A DNA stretch of 61,016 bases, counting the filler, from Basidioascus undulatus (Eukaryota): the NCBI GenBank assembly GCA_000826855.1. It is 7 parts of 7 records of this genome, joined end to end, with 100 filler letters (N's around TTAATTAATTAA, not from the genome) between each part and the next. Parts side by side here need not be neighbours in the genome. Positions count along the whole stretch, not along the records: positions 49,596 to 55,258 come from JTLS01001896.1; positions 55,359 to 61,016 come from JTLS01001897.1; 5 more parts are not named here. One strand, written 5' to 3'. The notes beneath the pieces were generated by a model, which was given only the letters and a program-made list of their open reading frames with translations, was not told the DNA's origin and made no database searches. The first letter of the stretch is position 1. Each line of letters begins with the position of its first letter. Shown here one piece after another: positions 49,596 to 61,016 of the stretch. The position numbers and the translations under genes were made by a program.

Positions 49596-49658
49596 AGGGT
49601 GGGGCTGCTTGTGGGACTGGATGAGCTTGTGGGTCTTCCTTCCTTCTTGCCCTCTCCT

Positions 49659-49729
49659 CCCCTTTGCCCGTCTTCCCCTTTGCCCGTCTTCCCCTTTGCC
49701 CGTCTTCCCCTTTGCCCGTCTTCCCCTTT
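49659..49729 (+). repeat. 16-bp minisatellite (CCCCTTTGCCCGTCTT) x4 plus a partial copy
   Basis: Four exact tandem copies read directly, in an intron-like pyrimidine tract. Confidence 0.9.
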
Positions 49730-49787
49730 CCCTCCTTCCCACCCCTTCCTCTCTTCCTGGAGTTCACCCCCCTCCCACCCCTCCCAG

Positions 49788-50010
49788 GCCGGCCTGCACA
49801 CCGACCACGTCGAGATCGACTACAAGCTGCACCCGATCATCGCGGGCCGGAAGCGGTGCGTGATCCAGACGATCCAGGAAGAGACGGCGATGAGCATCTA
49901 CTTCCCGACGCCGCTCTCGGGCGTCCTCGGCGCGAGCAGCGCTCTGAACGGCCACTGCCCACTGCACATGGGCTGGCTCTGTCAGCACGGCAACCACATC
50001 GTGACTATGG
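49788..50010 (+). pseudogene. KH-domain RNA-binding protein exon fragment
   Basis: GLHTDHVEIDYKLHPIIAGRKRCVIQTIQEETAMSIYFP has the KH pattern (IIGxxG-like loop, IQEET..I.FP); no downstream exon recognised. Confidence 0.6.
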
Positions 50011-50519
50011 CAAAACTTGGAGAAATGCACAATGTTATAATTTTACTAGGAAGGGCTGTGGGAGCGTGGTAAGATTGAAGAGTCTGTGAAGTGCCGTTTA
50101 CTGCTGCCAATTCCCGTGACACGCCCTGATCGTACCATGCATTCCGCCAACACTGTGGACAGCCCTCACATTTGAAGATACGGATAGTAGATAGCAGTTT
50201 CGAGCTCTAGTCTTAAGCCTTTCAGGGGTTGGGCAATATTCACCTAAAGGGCATGACAACGCGCTGCACTCTGGAGGCTGAACACGCACTCTAGGCGACG
50301 AAAACAATTAAAGCATAATGTGTGTGCATATAGGGTGTGACTTTCGTATAGCTACAGTTACTGAAGCTAACAATGAAGCCTCAAGCCCCGGCAGCAGTTG
50401 CGGAAGCAGTGGCGAAGAGGGTCGACTCGGCAGCCAGCACCGAGGCATCGCGGACGGAAGCGGACGCTGACGAGTAGGAGGCGCACTGTGCGACCCATTA
50501 ATTCAGCCTTGCAGACTTA

Positions 50520-52365
50520 CAGTAAGCCCCATTCTTCAGGGCAGCTGTGGGCACAGAGTTGCCACCAGGGCCTGCGCCGCCACCGCTGCCTTTGCCGTTT
50601 CCACCAGAAGAGGACGTGTCGACGCCGATGGTGATGTAGCCTGAGCAAAAATGATTTAAAAAAAGATTCTCTTTCCTTGGAGGCGTTTGGAAGAAGGTCG
50701 CTTACAATGATCCCGTCCGCGATGTCATCCGTGAGCTGCTCGACAGACGCGACAGGCCAGTGACCGTTGGCCGATGACTCAGGGAACAGCATGTCGTCGT
50801 CGTTGGTGCTAGGGCAGGAAGAGTGTTTCAGAAGATTGGGGTGGGGCTTGTGCGGCTGCCTAGTAGTAGAACTCACGTGCGAGCGGACTGGTTGTGCTGC
50901 GAGTACGGCTCGAGGTTGTGGATTGTGGTGGTCAGGGCCTCGTCGAAGAAGATCTGTGCCGTCTCAACGCTGGTTCCGCCTGGTAAAACCGAACATTCAG
51001 GCTAGACTCCTAAGGACCCAAAGGGAAGAGATAATCACGCACCAATCAAAGTACCGTTGTCCGCGAGCGACGCATTCTGGTGAACGATAACGTGGATGTG
51101 CACCGCGCGAGGCTGGTAGAACCCAGGGCTTCCATTGGCGAAAGTACGAAACCAGGTCAGGATAAAGCAATGTGGGATGAAAGACTAAAGAATTTCCCAC
51201 AAAATGGAAAGGAACTCGACGATGCCCTGTTTTCCACACGGTCAGACACCTGATGTCGTCTAGAGCACGGCCGTTACCAACTTAGTACGCACCTCTTCGT
51301 TGCTCTTCTGGACTGCGGCAAGGAAGAAAGCCACGTGAGTGTAATCCAACATCACATCCTCTAGACAGGAGCTCCTTACAGCCACGGAGGAAAGTCAGAT
51401 CATCCGTCGAGCCGTCGTCGCGCTTGGTGTAACCGTCCTCCAGCGACATGGTATCGGGGTTAATACCGGTGTAGCCCTGGACAGTAATTAATAAACATGT
51501 TAACTTCTGCTACTATGTGATACTGAGGATGCGCCTCACCGAGTAGTAGCCCTGATTGTGCCAAGTTAACGTGAATGGTCAGCGGTCTTGCCTGGCAGAG
51601 AAAACGAATTAAAGCTAACGGTGGAGTTGCAGTGCCAGACTGGAAAGAGAGGGGGGTGAGTGGCAAGAAGTTTGAATAATGTCTACTTGCAAGTACGCAC
51701 AGTCCACGTAGGCGTCCGGAAGCGGTTCGCAAGTGTCGACCTGTTTCGCTGGTGAGCGGGGGAAATCGAGCACAGGGTTCTGGAAGACTCACGTCAATCA
51801 GGCCAATGTCCAGGTAGAGCTGTGGATGTGAAATGAATGTTAGAAAAAATTCATCGCAGCACTTGCACATAAGGGACATATTGAATGATAAACGGCTTAC
51901 GTCGACGCCAGGCTGCTCCTCGCGGATGTCCCTGCGGTACATCTCCCCTGTAACACCGGCTCCCGTATGAGGCCCTGTACGAAGTGCCCTAAGAATGCGA
52001 GGAAATCACCGGCGATGTAGTACGGTCCCTGAGTAACCTCCGGCGTGGTCACGCAGCTGGTGTTGAGGAGCTCGGGGTAAATCGAACGGGGCGCGATATC
52101 GAGCCCTTCGACGCGCTTAGCCAGGCTCGCCTGCCGCTTCGCCTTGGCAGCCTCCTGACGTGCCCCGACCTTTCTGGAGCAGTGGGACAGGTCGCGCTGT
52201 AGGACGTGAGCGTGGTGAAGGTGCGAGCCTGTCGGGTGCGCTGGACCACCATTGGGGGATGTCAGTTCACGGTCTGTTGCTGTGGAATTGTTTCGCATCG
52301 CACGTACCGCTGACTGCGCCCGCGAAGAAGAGGACCGCGGCTAGAGTGATAGAATTGATGATCAT
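50520..52365 (-). CDS. Secreted intradiol ring-cleavage dioxygenase-like protein (many small exons; 3' end approximate)
   Basis: Signal peptide MIINSITLAAVLFFAGAVS, then CVTTPEVTQGPYYIA-GEMYRRDIREEQPGV, LYLDIGLIDV, DFWHCN, TFLRG, IVEFLSIF and RAVHIH. Confidence 0.8.
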
Positions 52366-54392
52366 ATTTAGCAGTCTGGAAAGTCAAGAGAAAGAACTGG
52401 AGGAGAACTGATGCTGGGCAAACAGTCCCGAAGCGACCCTCTTTATGTGCAGCCGGTGTCGCCAGCGAGCGGCTCACTGCGGTAAAGGACGAGGCCATAC
52501 ACCGTCCGTCACACTAGCTGCGACTGTCCCGTCACACTTGTGCCTCTGTTCCTTGCAGGAGATCTTCATTCCGCGCAATCAACGACTGCTCCAGAACAAT
52601 CGCAGCACCACCTCATTGAGCTCACAGAAGTTACCGGCGGCGAGTTCTCCGCGGTTCAATGGCCTGCACAGGCCAGAATATGCGGGCGCCGTGATGCGAT
52701 TCTTCTCTTTGGCTGCGCAAACCATGGAGCTCCGTATACTGAGTAGGCCAGATGGTCAGGCACCTAAAGGTACCTCATTAAACTCGCTGCCGCTGACCGG
52801 CTGCGGCGGCATCGCTGTGGAATGATATGCGCTCCACTCAATTGGCTCTCTCATCTACTGTAACGGCAGGATGAAAGTTCGTCGATGCTTGGAAGAGAGA
52901 GTGCGGGGCTCAAATTCATTTCGGCCCGCATAATTTCCCCGATGCGGCAGCCACCGCGCAGCTCCCAGTGCAGCCGCCGCAGCAGAGCGGTAGTCGGTCA
53001 CTTTCTTCCTCTTGACTGCAAAGAGCAAGACCGCCTGGTTTCGAAGGGCTGATTGACCCCCACTGAGTTTATCCGGATACGTTAAGGGTGTGCCAGTCAA
53101 GTCGAATCGATTGGCTGCAAGATGGCCAGAGCGCCAGAGCACGGTCACAAAAGATGGGCATACAGTGCGCACATAGGGCACCCACGGAAACCCAGGCAGT
53201 TAGAGCGGGATGTGCTGCAATGTACATATTCTTTCCCAGCCAATGTCCCGTATCAGTCTTTGAACCCCGACCTGTGATTGGGACGCACATTTGCTAGACG
53301 AAATGGCCACAGCGGTTGATGCAGGACCAACTTCCGTTATGTCGGAAGCAAGGCCTGATGAACCACTGCAGCAGCATGTAGAGAGACAATAATCTGAAAG
53401 GGCAAGGAAAGTGTACAGTGCTTGAAAAAGAGTACCACATGCAAATCCTCAGAAGAGGGAGCCTGCAACGCAACGGAGACGACTAGCTGAGCCGGCCGGG
53501 TAGCAGTTCTGCTAACTTTCACCCACGACAACTCAAGCGAGTGTCCCATTAAAACATGGGGAGGCACAGTATTCATCTAATTATCTGACTCAATGAAGCA
53601 TATACAGCATCTCAATTGGAAGGAAGAGCGTGGAGGCGAGGGTACAGCCTTTACGCAGATGATTCCTAAGCGACGACCTGGCGGGGGTGCCTTGTGCGAG
53701 GTGCTGCGGCTGGGCAGAATGCAGCGGCGGCCACCATTAGAGTAGGAAGGCTGAAAGAAGGCGTATGCTGATACGGAGCTGCAGCTGGCGTACTCTAACT
53801 ACTCTGTCTTCGCTACACCAACCCAAAAGGGACAAAAGCACGCATACAAATAAAATCAAAAGCTATTAAATGTACGGTTAACCTGAGTCTTCTTCAGAAT
53901 TGATGCATCGGAACGGCAGAGCCTCAAGCAGCATGAGTGCGAGGCATTGTCTCGCCCCTGCTCCTGAGCGTGCTGCAGCGCCTACGTATAGCAGCAAGCT
54001 TGCAAGCTTCACTGCAGAAGAGCAGTGCACAATACAGTCATCCACAGCCTTGCACACCCTCCTGTTTGCTCGCTGCCGGCGCGTGCCTGCCGAGGGTCAT
54101 GCATCCCAGTGCCATGCATAACCCACGCAAATACCATGCACAGGTTAACCGCGCAGCACCCCATCAAGCTCAAGGCAAGCAAAAGTGTATCAAAATCATA
54201 GTCGTAGCAGCACAAACAGTGAAAGGTGACGTGTCGGGGCGAGGGACATAACCGAACGGCCCGCAGGGGACGGAAGGCATGGATGAGAAAGCCCAGAAGT
54301 ACGAGATGGTCGAGGGCGGGTATCGGAGGGCTATCGCGAGGCACGAAAGAGAGGACAACATTAGGGATAGAGAAGAGGGGGAGGAGGGGTGT

Positions 54393-54454
54393 TCGTGAGT
54401 TCAGTCGTGTGAGTCGTTATCGGCAGGTCGTGAGTTCAGTCGTGTGAGTCGTTA
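54393..54454 (+). repeat. 27-bp direct repeat x2 (TCGTGAGTTCAGTCGTGTGAGTCGTTA) with 8-bp spacer
   Basis: Exact copies at 54393-54419 and 54428-54454. Confidence 0.85.
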
Positions 54455-54553
54455 ATTGGGAGGTCGTAAGTGAGTTCGGGGTGACGGGAGGCGCGGCAGG
54501 GTGGTGTGCGGACAAGGGGAAAGGGTGCGGCGGTGGAGAGAGCTACGCCCCAC

Positions 54554-55258
54554 TCAGTTCCACCCCTCCTCCACCTTCTCAGACCCGCCAGCCGTGCGAG
54601 GCTTCGAAGCCTCTTCACCCTCATCCTCACCCCCCTCGTCCCTCTGCCCCTCCTCGCCATTCTCCTTCTGCACCTCTACGTCCTCCGCCCTCTCCTTCGC
54701 GCCTTCCACCCCACTCCTTCCCTTCCCCGGCGCCTCAACCTCAACCTCGTCTCCTCGCGCATCCGTATCCTCCGCGGTAATGCTCGTCGGTGCGCGCGAA
54801 TGCGACCCCTCCGACGGCGCAGGGTCCGCGAATGGGTCTGGCTCGGCGTCGGATGCGGGCTCGGGCGTCGGCGCTAGATCCGCATGCGGTTCAGGCTCGA
54901 GGAAGTGCAAGTGCGGGAGGAAGGTAGTTGGGGCCGACTCTGGTTCGGGTGCGGATTCGGGTGCAGGTGCGGGTGCGGGCTCGGAGGAGGGCGCGGAGGA
55001 GGAAGAGGAGGGGTCTTGAGGGTGCGAGGAGGAGGAAGGGTCTTGGACGTGCGCGGAAGGGGCGATGGTGTGGGACGATGTGGAAGGGTCTTGCGCGTGC
55101 GCGGAGGGGGCGATTGTGTAGGAGTACGAGGAGGGAGCGATGGTGTGGGAGGAGGATGAGGAGGAGGAGGGGGTTAGGGTAGCGGGAGACGACGGCGGCT
55201 GGGGCCCGTCCGCGTCGGGCGCGGGTGCCGGCGCGGGGACGAGCGGCGTACGACAAGT
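54554..55258 (-). CDS. 3' end of an unidentified gene encoding a low-complexity Ser/Pro/Glu-rich tail, truncated by contig end
   Basis: Open reading with internal repeats (IAPSAH.QDPS.SSH), ending EGGEDEGEEASKPRTAGGSEKVEEGWN-stop. Confidence 0.45.
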   Translation of the reverse strand, partial: TCRTPLVPAPAPAPDADGPQPPSSPATLTPSSSSSSSHTIAPSSYSYTIAPSAHAQDPSTSSHTIAPSAHVQDPSSSSHPQDPSSSSSAPSSEPAPAPAPESAPEPESAPTTFLPHLHFLEPEPHADLAPTPEPASDAEPDPFADPAPSEGSHSRAPTSITAEDTDARGDEVEVEAPGKGRSGVEGAKERAEDVEVQKENGEEGQRDEGGEDEGEEASKPRTAGGSEKVEEGWN

Positions 55259-55358
55259 NNNNNNNNNNNNNNNNNNNNNNNNNNNNNNNNNNNNNNNNNN
55301 NNTTAATTAATTAANNNNNNNNNNNNNNNNNNNNNNNNNNNNNNNNNNNNNNNNNNNN
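55259..55358. other. Artificial contig-joining linker
   Basis: N44-TTAATTAATTAA-N44. Confidence 0.98.
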
Positions 55359-55489
55359 GCTCGATGGGAAGGGGGTATGCTGCGGGACAGGGGGGGACTG
55401 GAGGGTCGTGCTGTCTGATGTGAGTTGGTGTTGAGTGACGGAGGATGGGGGTATGGGATGCTGATGAGATGGTGCGGTGCGGTGGACAG

Positions 55490-57703
55490 CCGATTACGGA
55501 CAAGGCGCAGCGCTCGGCGTTCCACAAGGCTGTGCGAGAGGTGTTTTGCGGGCGGATGGAGACGGAAGCGCGCGACGTCGAGATCAAGGACGAGGAGGTC
55601 GCGGAGGGCGAGGCCGAGGCCGAGGCGGAGAAGCCCAAGACGGTCAGCGTCGTCGCGATCAAGTGGGCGCCTGGCGGGCGGGCGCTGAAGGGTCCGGACG
55701 CGGCGGGCGGGGGGCGGACGAAGGAGGCCGGTGCGTTGTATCGAATGCTTTTCTATCCGGATGGGGAGGGAGATACTGACGAGATCCTGTGGTGGCAGAC
55801 CGCGCCGGCCGCTCGCAGCACCCGTCCTACATCCACTTCACCCTCCAAAAGACGAACCGGGACACGCAAGACGCTCTCTCGCACATCGCGCGCCTGCTCA
55901 AAGTGCCCCCGCGGGACCTCGCGACGGCGGGGACGAAGGACAAGCGCGGGGTGACGACGCAGCGGGTGTCTGTGAAACGCGGCGGGCGGGACATGGAGGG
56001 CGTGTGGCGCGCGGTGAACAATGCTGGCAGCCACGCGGGCGCGCGGAGGAGCTTAGAGCAGGCGGTCAAGGAGCGCGGGGAGCGCGGGTGCAGGGTGGGC
56101 GATATGTGGTATGCGGAGAGGCCGCTCGAGTTGGGGATGCTTAGGGGGAATCGGTTCTGCATTACGCTGAGGTAAGTGCGGAGGGGGCGGAGCTGAAAGG
56201 GAGTGGGCTGATGCGCTTGTGGCGGGGGAAAAGGAACGTCAAGGCCGACTCGGACGAGACTATCGACAAGGCGCTCACGACTTTGCGTGACCGGGGGTTC
56301 ATCAACTACTACGGTGCGCCCTTCCCTCTTCCTCCCATCCCTCAATTCCCCCGTCCCTCCCACTGACCTCGCACCCCCCTCCCTACCCGCAGGCATGCAG
56401 CGCTTCGGGACGTCCTCCATCCCAACGCACGCGATCGGTCTCGCGCTCCTGCAGTCCGACTGGGCGCGCGCCGTGCACCTCATCCTCCGCCCACGGCCGG
56501 GCGAGAACGACGCGGGCGAGGAGGGCCGGCGTGCGTGGCTCGAGCGCGGGAATCTGCGCGAGGCGCTGGAGAAGATTCCGAGGAAGAGCGTCGCGGAGAG
56601 GGCGATTTTGGAGGCGTTTAGGAGGGACGGAGGGGGGAGCAATTTGCTTGGGGCGCTGCAGAACGTGAGTCGGGTCGGCTGTGACGATTTGGAGCGCATG
56701 CTGATGCCTGTGAGAGACGTTAGATCCCCCGCAACCTGCGGATGATGTATGTCCACGCATACCAGTGAGTCACGAACTTTCTACCGGCGAGCTTTTATCC
56801 AAGCGACTGACAAGCGTCTCGATGGAAGGTCCTACATCTGGAACGCGATCGTCTCCGAGCGCATCAAGCGCTTCGGCTGCGACAGGCCTGTCGTCGGCGA
56901 CCTCGTCTACGCCGACCAGAAGAACAGCGAGGACGGTCCCGAAGGCGCTGTGGAGGACGAGTCGGAGGAGGCGGAGCGTGCGTTCCCAGCTTCCTATTCC
57001 CCCTTTCCTCGATTTCGAGCTCACACATCTCGTCCCGCGCTACAGGCTTCAAGAAGGGCGGCGACCGCCCGCACAAGGGCCCGCCCAAGGTGAAGGCGCT
57101 CAAGGCGGAGGACGTCGACAAATACACGATCCACGATGTCGTCATTCCTCTTCCTGGTTACGACGTCGAGTACCCGCAGGGCGAGCTCGGCGACCGCTAC
57201 CGCGAGATCCTCGAGGCCGACGGGCTGGACATCAAGAATCTCTGGCGGCCGCAGAAGTGGGTCTTTCCTTTTCTCGTTCCCCCTCGTCCGTGCAAGGGCT
57301 GGGAACTGACTGAGTGGATGGAAACAGGGAGTACTCCCTCGGCGGCACGTACCGCAAGATTCTGCACCAGCCAGGGCACCTGACGTGGCGGCGCCTGCGG
57401 TACACGGACCCGGACGTGCCACTCGCGCAGTCGGACGAGGACGCGATCCTCGGCTTCGAGCCCCCCCAGATGGACGACGAGGAGGGAAAGTTCCTTGCCC
57501 TCCAGGTTGAGCTTACCCTTGGGACCGCCTCGTACGCGACTATGGCGCTCCGCGAGGTTTTAAAGGGCGACACGAGTGCGTGGGCGCAGAGCAGGCTTAC
57601 GGAGCGCGGGGAGGACCGCGAGTTCAAGGGCACGAGCGGGGCGGCGGCTGAGGCGGCGCAGGATGCTGGGGCGGAGGCGGGTGCGCCGGACGGGGAGGCA
57701 TAG
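55490..57703 (+). CDS. PUS7: TruD-family pseudouridine synthase 7, 5'-truncated
   Basis: YIHFTLQKTNRDT, AGTKDKRGVTTQ (catalytic Asp), LGMLRGNRFCITLR, GFINYY-GMQRFG, YVHAYQ-SYIWN, GGTYRKI and SYATMALREVLK. Confidence 0.95.
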
Positions 57704-58699
57704 ATGGATGTGTTTCGGGACGCTGCTAGTTGGACTTTCGTGTGCGCTGGCATTTGGCATGTGCACAGCTGGGTTCGTCACGAGTGGTCTCCGAGCAACC
57801 GCGGTTCGGCCCTTGAATGATCGATCACATCGATTACTGCCTGTCGACCGTCCTGCAATGCCTTCCCAACCGCCTTTGTGACAGCCCATTTCATGAATAC
57901 TAGGCCACTTCTAGCGTTTCGCACAACCATCTTTTGAGAGGTTTTTACGGGCGCCGGATCTTTTGAGAAGGTAAATCTGCCGCTGGACAGGCAACGAGAC
58001 TCGACGCCGCGTTGAGGTGTGCCTCTTAGAGGTGTTTTTCCGGTCTCTGTCGCATTCTATGGATTCGCCCTTCTGCATTTCTTTCATGGGTTCCAAAAGG
58101 GACGGCTGGGTGATTAGAACGCAGCTCACAGGGGCAAACCTGCAGTCTGTTCATGCCGAAGCGGAAGGAGAGTGCGGGTCCAGGTCGCCACGCCATCTCT
58201 GCACTTTCGGCAGTACGTTACCCATTGTTTCAATACACTAGGAGGTGCTTCGGATAGCCGCCAACGCTTCCACTTCGTGCACACATCTACGGCCGTGCCA
58301 AGCCCAAGCGTGCTCCTTCTCCTTCAGCTACGCAGAAAACGTTCATGTTTGGCCGGGACCATAAAGGAAGACTTCCCAATCATACTTTGCCTTCTAATTC
58401 AGTCCGCTACCCAAATCTGTTTCTGTCGTCTCTCGTCATATCTTCCCTTTTCCACTCCAAGAGTCCACCCCGGTACCTCGATGCGGTTTTCTCCGAACTA
58501 CATGACGCTCACAAGGGAAAACGGGTATCCCTTCATTACCATTGACGGCCCGATGAACACATGAACCGAGCATAAGCATATTACATCAGAGACGAAGATG
58601 TCCCTTATGCTCTCACATAGATACCCCGGCTTGTCACTGCCATTGCAAGAGGTCGTTGCAGACCTCAGGAACGTTTCATTAACACACAAGACCGAAAAT

Positions 58700-60046
58700 T
58701 ACAACGACTACCCGCCTACACGGCCAAGGAAAGCGCAATCCTCTTGGACTTGAGGAAGTCCTCGACACGCTCGTGCCAAAGCGCAAACTGCAAGCCGGTC
58801 CTCTTTCGTTCGTTCACAGCGCGAGCAGCTCCCCCTTGACAGTGCTCCGCGAACCGGGGACCTTGACTGGAGTACCATCCTCGCGCTGCACATCCACTGG
58901 CTTGCAGAGCAATGTGGCTAGCGGAAGACCCAGGACTGAGGAGAAATTCTGATAAGCGAGGTGGTAAAAGAATGCTCGAAGAAAACACGTACGTTGCAAA
59001 ACAACAAACACAGCAGCGTCGCGTAGGAGACCTTGCCTGCTGTCAACCGCTTGGCGTTGATACCCAGGTTGATAGCGCCTGCAGGGCATCTCAGTCAGTC
59101 ACGCTATCACATCACTACCGCTTTCTTGAGACTCGCCTCCGACAACCTCGCCACCGTTGCGCCAGGCCAGCCACAAAGCGAGGTATTTGCCGCGCTTGCT
59201 GTGCTCGGGGTAGCTGAGCACGATAGCACCCTCTGGAAGGAGATATTTTCAGTTCATTTTGATTTGGGGAAACCCGTCAACGAGACGCGACTGCCGATCG
59301 CCCAGAACAACCCTGCGGAAATGCCGCAGAGGACTGCGCCAAAGATGACGAGCCATTCGGTGCTAGCGGTTGTTTTGGTCTTCCCAGCAGTATCGTCATC
59401 AGTTTAAGCTAATAACTGCCACCGCAGTTGCGGAGGAGACTCACACAGCCCACCTGGTGCCTCTCGCATCAGTTCTGGTCATAAGGGTTCAAGTGCTCCG
59501 GGACTCACGCTGTACACCGGCCAGCCAATGCAGGCAAGCAGAAAGGCCTTCTTAATGCCAAACTGTAACACTTGCGCATTCAGCAGAACTTAAACAGTAC
59601 CTGAATAGAAATGCACTCACAACGTTAGCGACCACCCCTCCAGCATACAGAAAAGCCCCATCAAAGCGAAGAAGACGCTGTTCGCCGCACTGTGACCGCG
59701 TATGTGTCAGCTAGAGTCTGTCAGAGGGAGACTTCAAGAGGTCTACGAACTTGACTAAGTATGGCTCGAGCGCACCCGCTGCGCCGAGGCTGTTGATGGC
59801 GTTCCAGCTGCACAAGGGATCAGCTTTCGAACCTTGTCGCCCTGCTCTTCTTCGCTCACGACGTACAAGCCCTGGAGCGACGAAGGACACGGCGCCCATG
59901 ACCGTTGCATGGGCGAGAGTCGAGCGATACCAGATCTGCTTCTGTAAATGACTAGGCGCGCTGCCCTCTTCAGGGGACTGCACAGGCTGCTTCTCGAGGC
60001 TGCTGTCCCTCGACGAGCTTGCGTGCAGGTCAGCCGGCAAGGTCAT
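58700..60046 (-). CDS. UNC-93-like MFS membrane protein; 3' part not resolved
   Basis: WYRSTLAHATVMGAVSFVAPGL-WNAINSLGAAG, EWLVIFGAVLCGISAGLFWA, YPEHSKRGKYLALWLAW and VQREDGTPVKV. Confidence 0.75.
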
Positions 60047-61016
60047 CACGCTAATCGGTACGAAGGGGTGTTGGGAAGTGATAAAGAAAACCAGGAATGC
60101 ATGCAGTCATGGAAGTGACCGCGCCATCGCTTTGGTACCTTGCAAACCGCGAACCTGGTTGTGAGCGAGGGTCGCTGTGGGGTTGGGCGGGGCAACTGAC
60201 AGGTTCGCATGGCCCGTCACCGTCCTGACAAGTTGTGGTGAGTTACTGTCTCTGCTCTTCTTTCTCTCTACTATTTTTACTTTCCACGATGTGCTGTATA
60301 TTAATGGTATCGGTAACCGAGGGAAATTGGAGAAGCACAAACAAAATTTCATCTGGATTCGCTGTTCCACTGTGCCCGCGTCGCGCCGCATGTCAGAGAT
60401 GTCAAAGTGTCAGCGCGCCGCCCACGTGAATCGCAACATCCACCGACATCCACTTTGCGAAAAGAAACGTTCCCGGGCTCGACATTCAACATCATACCAC
60501 AGACAGGTCATCGATAATGCAGTATGTAGTGCTCCACCCACGCAACCTATCTGCCCAATCGACCTCGCCGAACCCCTAACCCGCGCCAACCCAACCGCAC
60601 CTGTACAGAACTCCCAACCCCAACCAAGCGAAACCAAGGCAACTGCAGCCCAGATCAAATGCCGAGAGCCGATGAAACCGTGCGCGCGTGCGTCTAGAAA
60701 CTAGCAGAATGATCGGTCGAGACGAGACAAGAGGAAAGCGACGGGGGTCAAGATATGCGTGCAGGGAGCGGAGCGCCGGATGCCGAGGTACCAATGAGGG
60801 GAGGGGAAGGTGTCTGCGTGGTGTGTGTGCAGAGCGGAGCAGACACAGATAAGTTCGTGACCAAATGAGCCGCGTGAGGAAGTGGATCAAGATAGACCTT
60901 AGGGAGTGACAGTGAATGTAGATAGAATCGTGGATGGAATGGGATAGGTAATAATGCAATGCGAGCGAGCGAGCTTCCGAAGCGGGGGGGGGGAGAAGAG
61001 GGGGGGGGGGGGGGGG

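Noticed and set aside
54393..54480. 27-bp direct repeats as a mini CRISPR array
   Set aside because: Only two copies with an 8-bp spacer, no cas genes, and a eukaryotic 3'-flank context.
26404..55358. Regularly spaced palindromic TTAATTAATTAA motif as a biological repeat or recombination site
   Set aside because: It is always embedded in fixed N runs; this is a synthetic six-frame-stop spacer.
36097..57703. Apparent cluster of modification and stress genes (EEF1AKMT4-like, DJ-1, OMA1-like, SVF1, PUS7)
   Set aside because: They lie on different, artificially joined contigs, except OMA1-like/SVF1, which is an ordinary convergent pair.
60984..61016. G-rich tract as a telomere or functional G-quadruplex
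   Set aside because: No telomeric repeat unit; homopolymer-rich contig ends are typical short-read assembly break points.

Overview
Intron-rich, GC-rich eukaryotic DNA, most likely from a basidiomycete (yeast-like) fungus. The window is not one contiguous locus. It is a ~26.4-kb contig followed by six unrelated ~5.7-kb contigs, joined by artificial 100-bp N44-TTAATTAATTAA-N44 linkers, and one contig starts with an Illumina adapter remnant. Recognisable spliced genes: an SDR oxidoreductase, a PB1 + five-ZZ zinc-finger protein, a J-domain co-chaperone, an eEF3-like ABC-F (New1/Elf1 type), D-2-hydroxyglutarate dehydrogenase, an EEF1AKMT4-like methyltransferase, a DJ-1/PfpI protein, an OMA1-like M48 protease, SVF1, a secreted intradiol-dioxygenase-like protein, PUS7 and an UNC-93-like MFS protein. 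There is also a Ty3/gypsy gag relic and several decayed genes. The most unusual structure is a cytosine-5 DNA methyltransferase gene at ~1.8-3.4 kb. Its internal ~0.6-kb block (motif VIII, TRD, motif IX, start of motif X) lies on the opposite strand, with breakpoints apparently in introns at a 5-bp inverted microhomology. The same copy has a catalytic Cys->Tyr change and frameshifts, so it is probably dead, and an assembly chimera cannot be excluded. Exon boundaries were read by eye and are approximate. No database searches were run.
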